DNA from: an uncultured Planctomycetales bacterium
GTDB lineage: Bacteria > Omnitrophota > Gorgyraeia > Gygaellales > Profunditerraquicolaceae
DNA length: 37,754 nt
Assembly: GCA_964487475.1 (NCBI GenBank)
Contig: CAZAPM010000004.1
Location: 1 to 37,754 of the forward strand
Direction of reading: 5' to 3'
Shown here: one piece after another, positions 37,341 through 37,754 of the stretch
Layout of the letters: each line of letters begins with the position of its first letter
Numbering within the stretch: position 1 is the first letter of the stretch
Position numbers and translations under genes: made by a program
The notes under the pieces: generated by a model
Told to the model about the DNA's origin: nothing
Database searches by the model: none
The model's input: only the letters and a program-made list of their open reading frames with translations

Positions 37341-37754
37341 AGCACCAGATTGGCATACACGCCCGCCACGACATCGTCGATCATGATCCCGAAGCTTCCA
37401 TGCATACGCTGCAGCCTGAATGCCGGGTACGGCTTGGCGGTATCCAGGAGCCGGAAGAGCACGAACCCTAAAAATACGATCCTGGGGGAATACGGCAGGA
37501 AACTCAAGGTAATCAGCATCCCGGCGACCTCGTCGATCACCACACACCCGGGATCTTTACGGCCGAACATTTCTTCCGCCCTGCCTGCGGTCAGGAACCC
37601 CGCGGCCAACACTCCCAGCACCGCCGCGGCCAGCGCCAGCGGAGAATCCTTGAGCAGAAAATACACGCCCAGACCGGCCAAGCTTCCGAAGGTGCCGGGG
37701 ATCAAAGGCAGCAACCCCACCCCGCATACCGTGGATGCCGCAGCCACCAGGAAT
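37301..37754 (-). CDS. pgpA: Phosphatidylglycerophosphatase A (5' end probably outside the window)
   Basis: PGTFGSL, KDPGCVVIDEVAG, FRLLDTAKP.P, GIMIDDVVAG. Confidence 0.93.
   Translation of the reverse strand, partial: FLVAAASTVCGVGLLPLIPGTFGSLAGLGVYFLLKDSPLALAAAVLGVLAAGFLTAGRAEEMFGRKDPGCVVIDEVAGMLITLSFLPYSPRIVFLGFVLFRLLDTAKPYPAFRLQRMHGSFGIMIDDVVAGVYANLVLQVVVRLTSLSGV

Overview
GC-rich bacterial DNA (probably a scaffolded genome or MAG; one 100-N gap at 30184-30283), with almost all real genes on the minus strand. Right half (25.2-37.8 kb) is housekeeping: pgpA, thpR and cinA/pncC; a TPP-riboswitch-controlled His-type thi4; an Rrf2-HPr-metY-cysK-metX-metW sulfur amino-acid operon; and an FMN-riboswitch-controlled ribBA-ribH-nusB-PHP-ribD-ribE operon. 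Left half (1-25.1 kb) is a Wzy-type exopolysaccharide locus (STAS-PilZ, PilZ, OM beta-barrel, short OPX/Wza ... Wzc, O-antigen ligase/Wzy-like). It is split between wza and wzc by a ~19 kb, mostly translationally coupled RiPP-like cluster. That cluster encodes a nucleotidyltransferase, a soluble S24/S26 peptidase, a PqqD/RRE, a 69-aa Cys/Ser/Thr/aromatic-rich precursor, four radical SAM/SPASM enzymes, a UbiU/UbiV-like U32 pair, an HPr-kinase-like protein, a GT4, an ABC exporter, a 1383-aa TPR-GT2-B12 radical SAM-GT4 fusion, an ArsR-like protein and further glycosyltransferases. This peptide-modification plus glycosylation system is the best candidate for an undescribed system. The next best is an HPr paralogue with a CysE-like C-terminal tail in the cysK operon. 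All calls come from motif recognition by eye; no database searches were run, and several start codons are my refinements of the ORF track.
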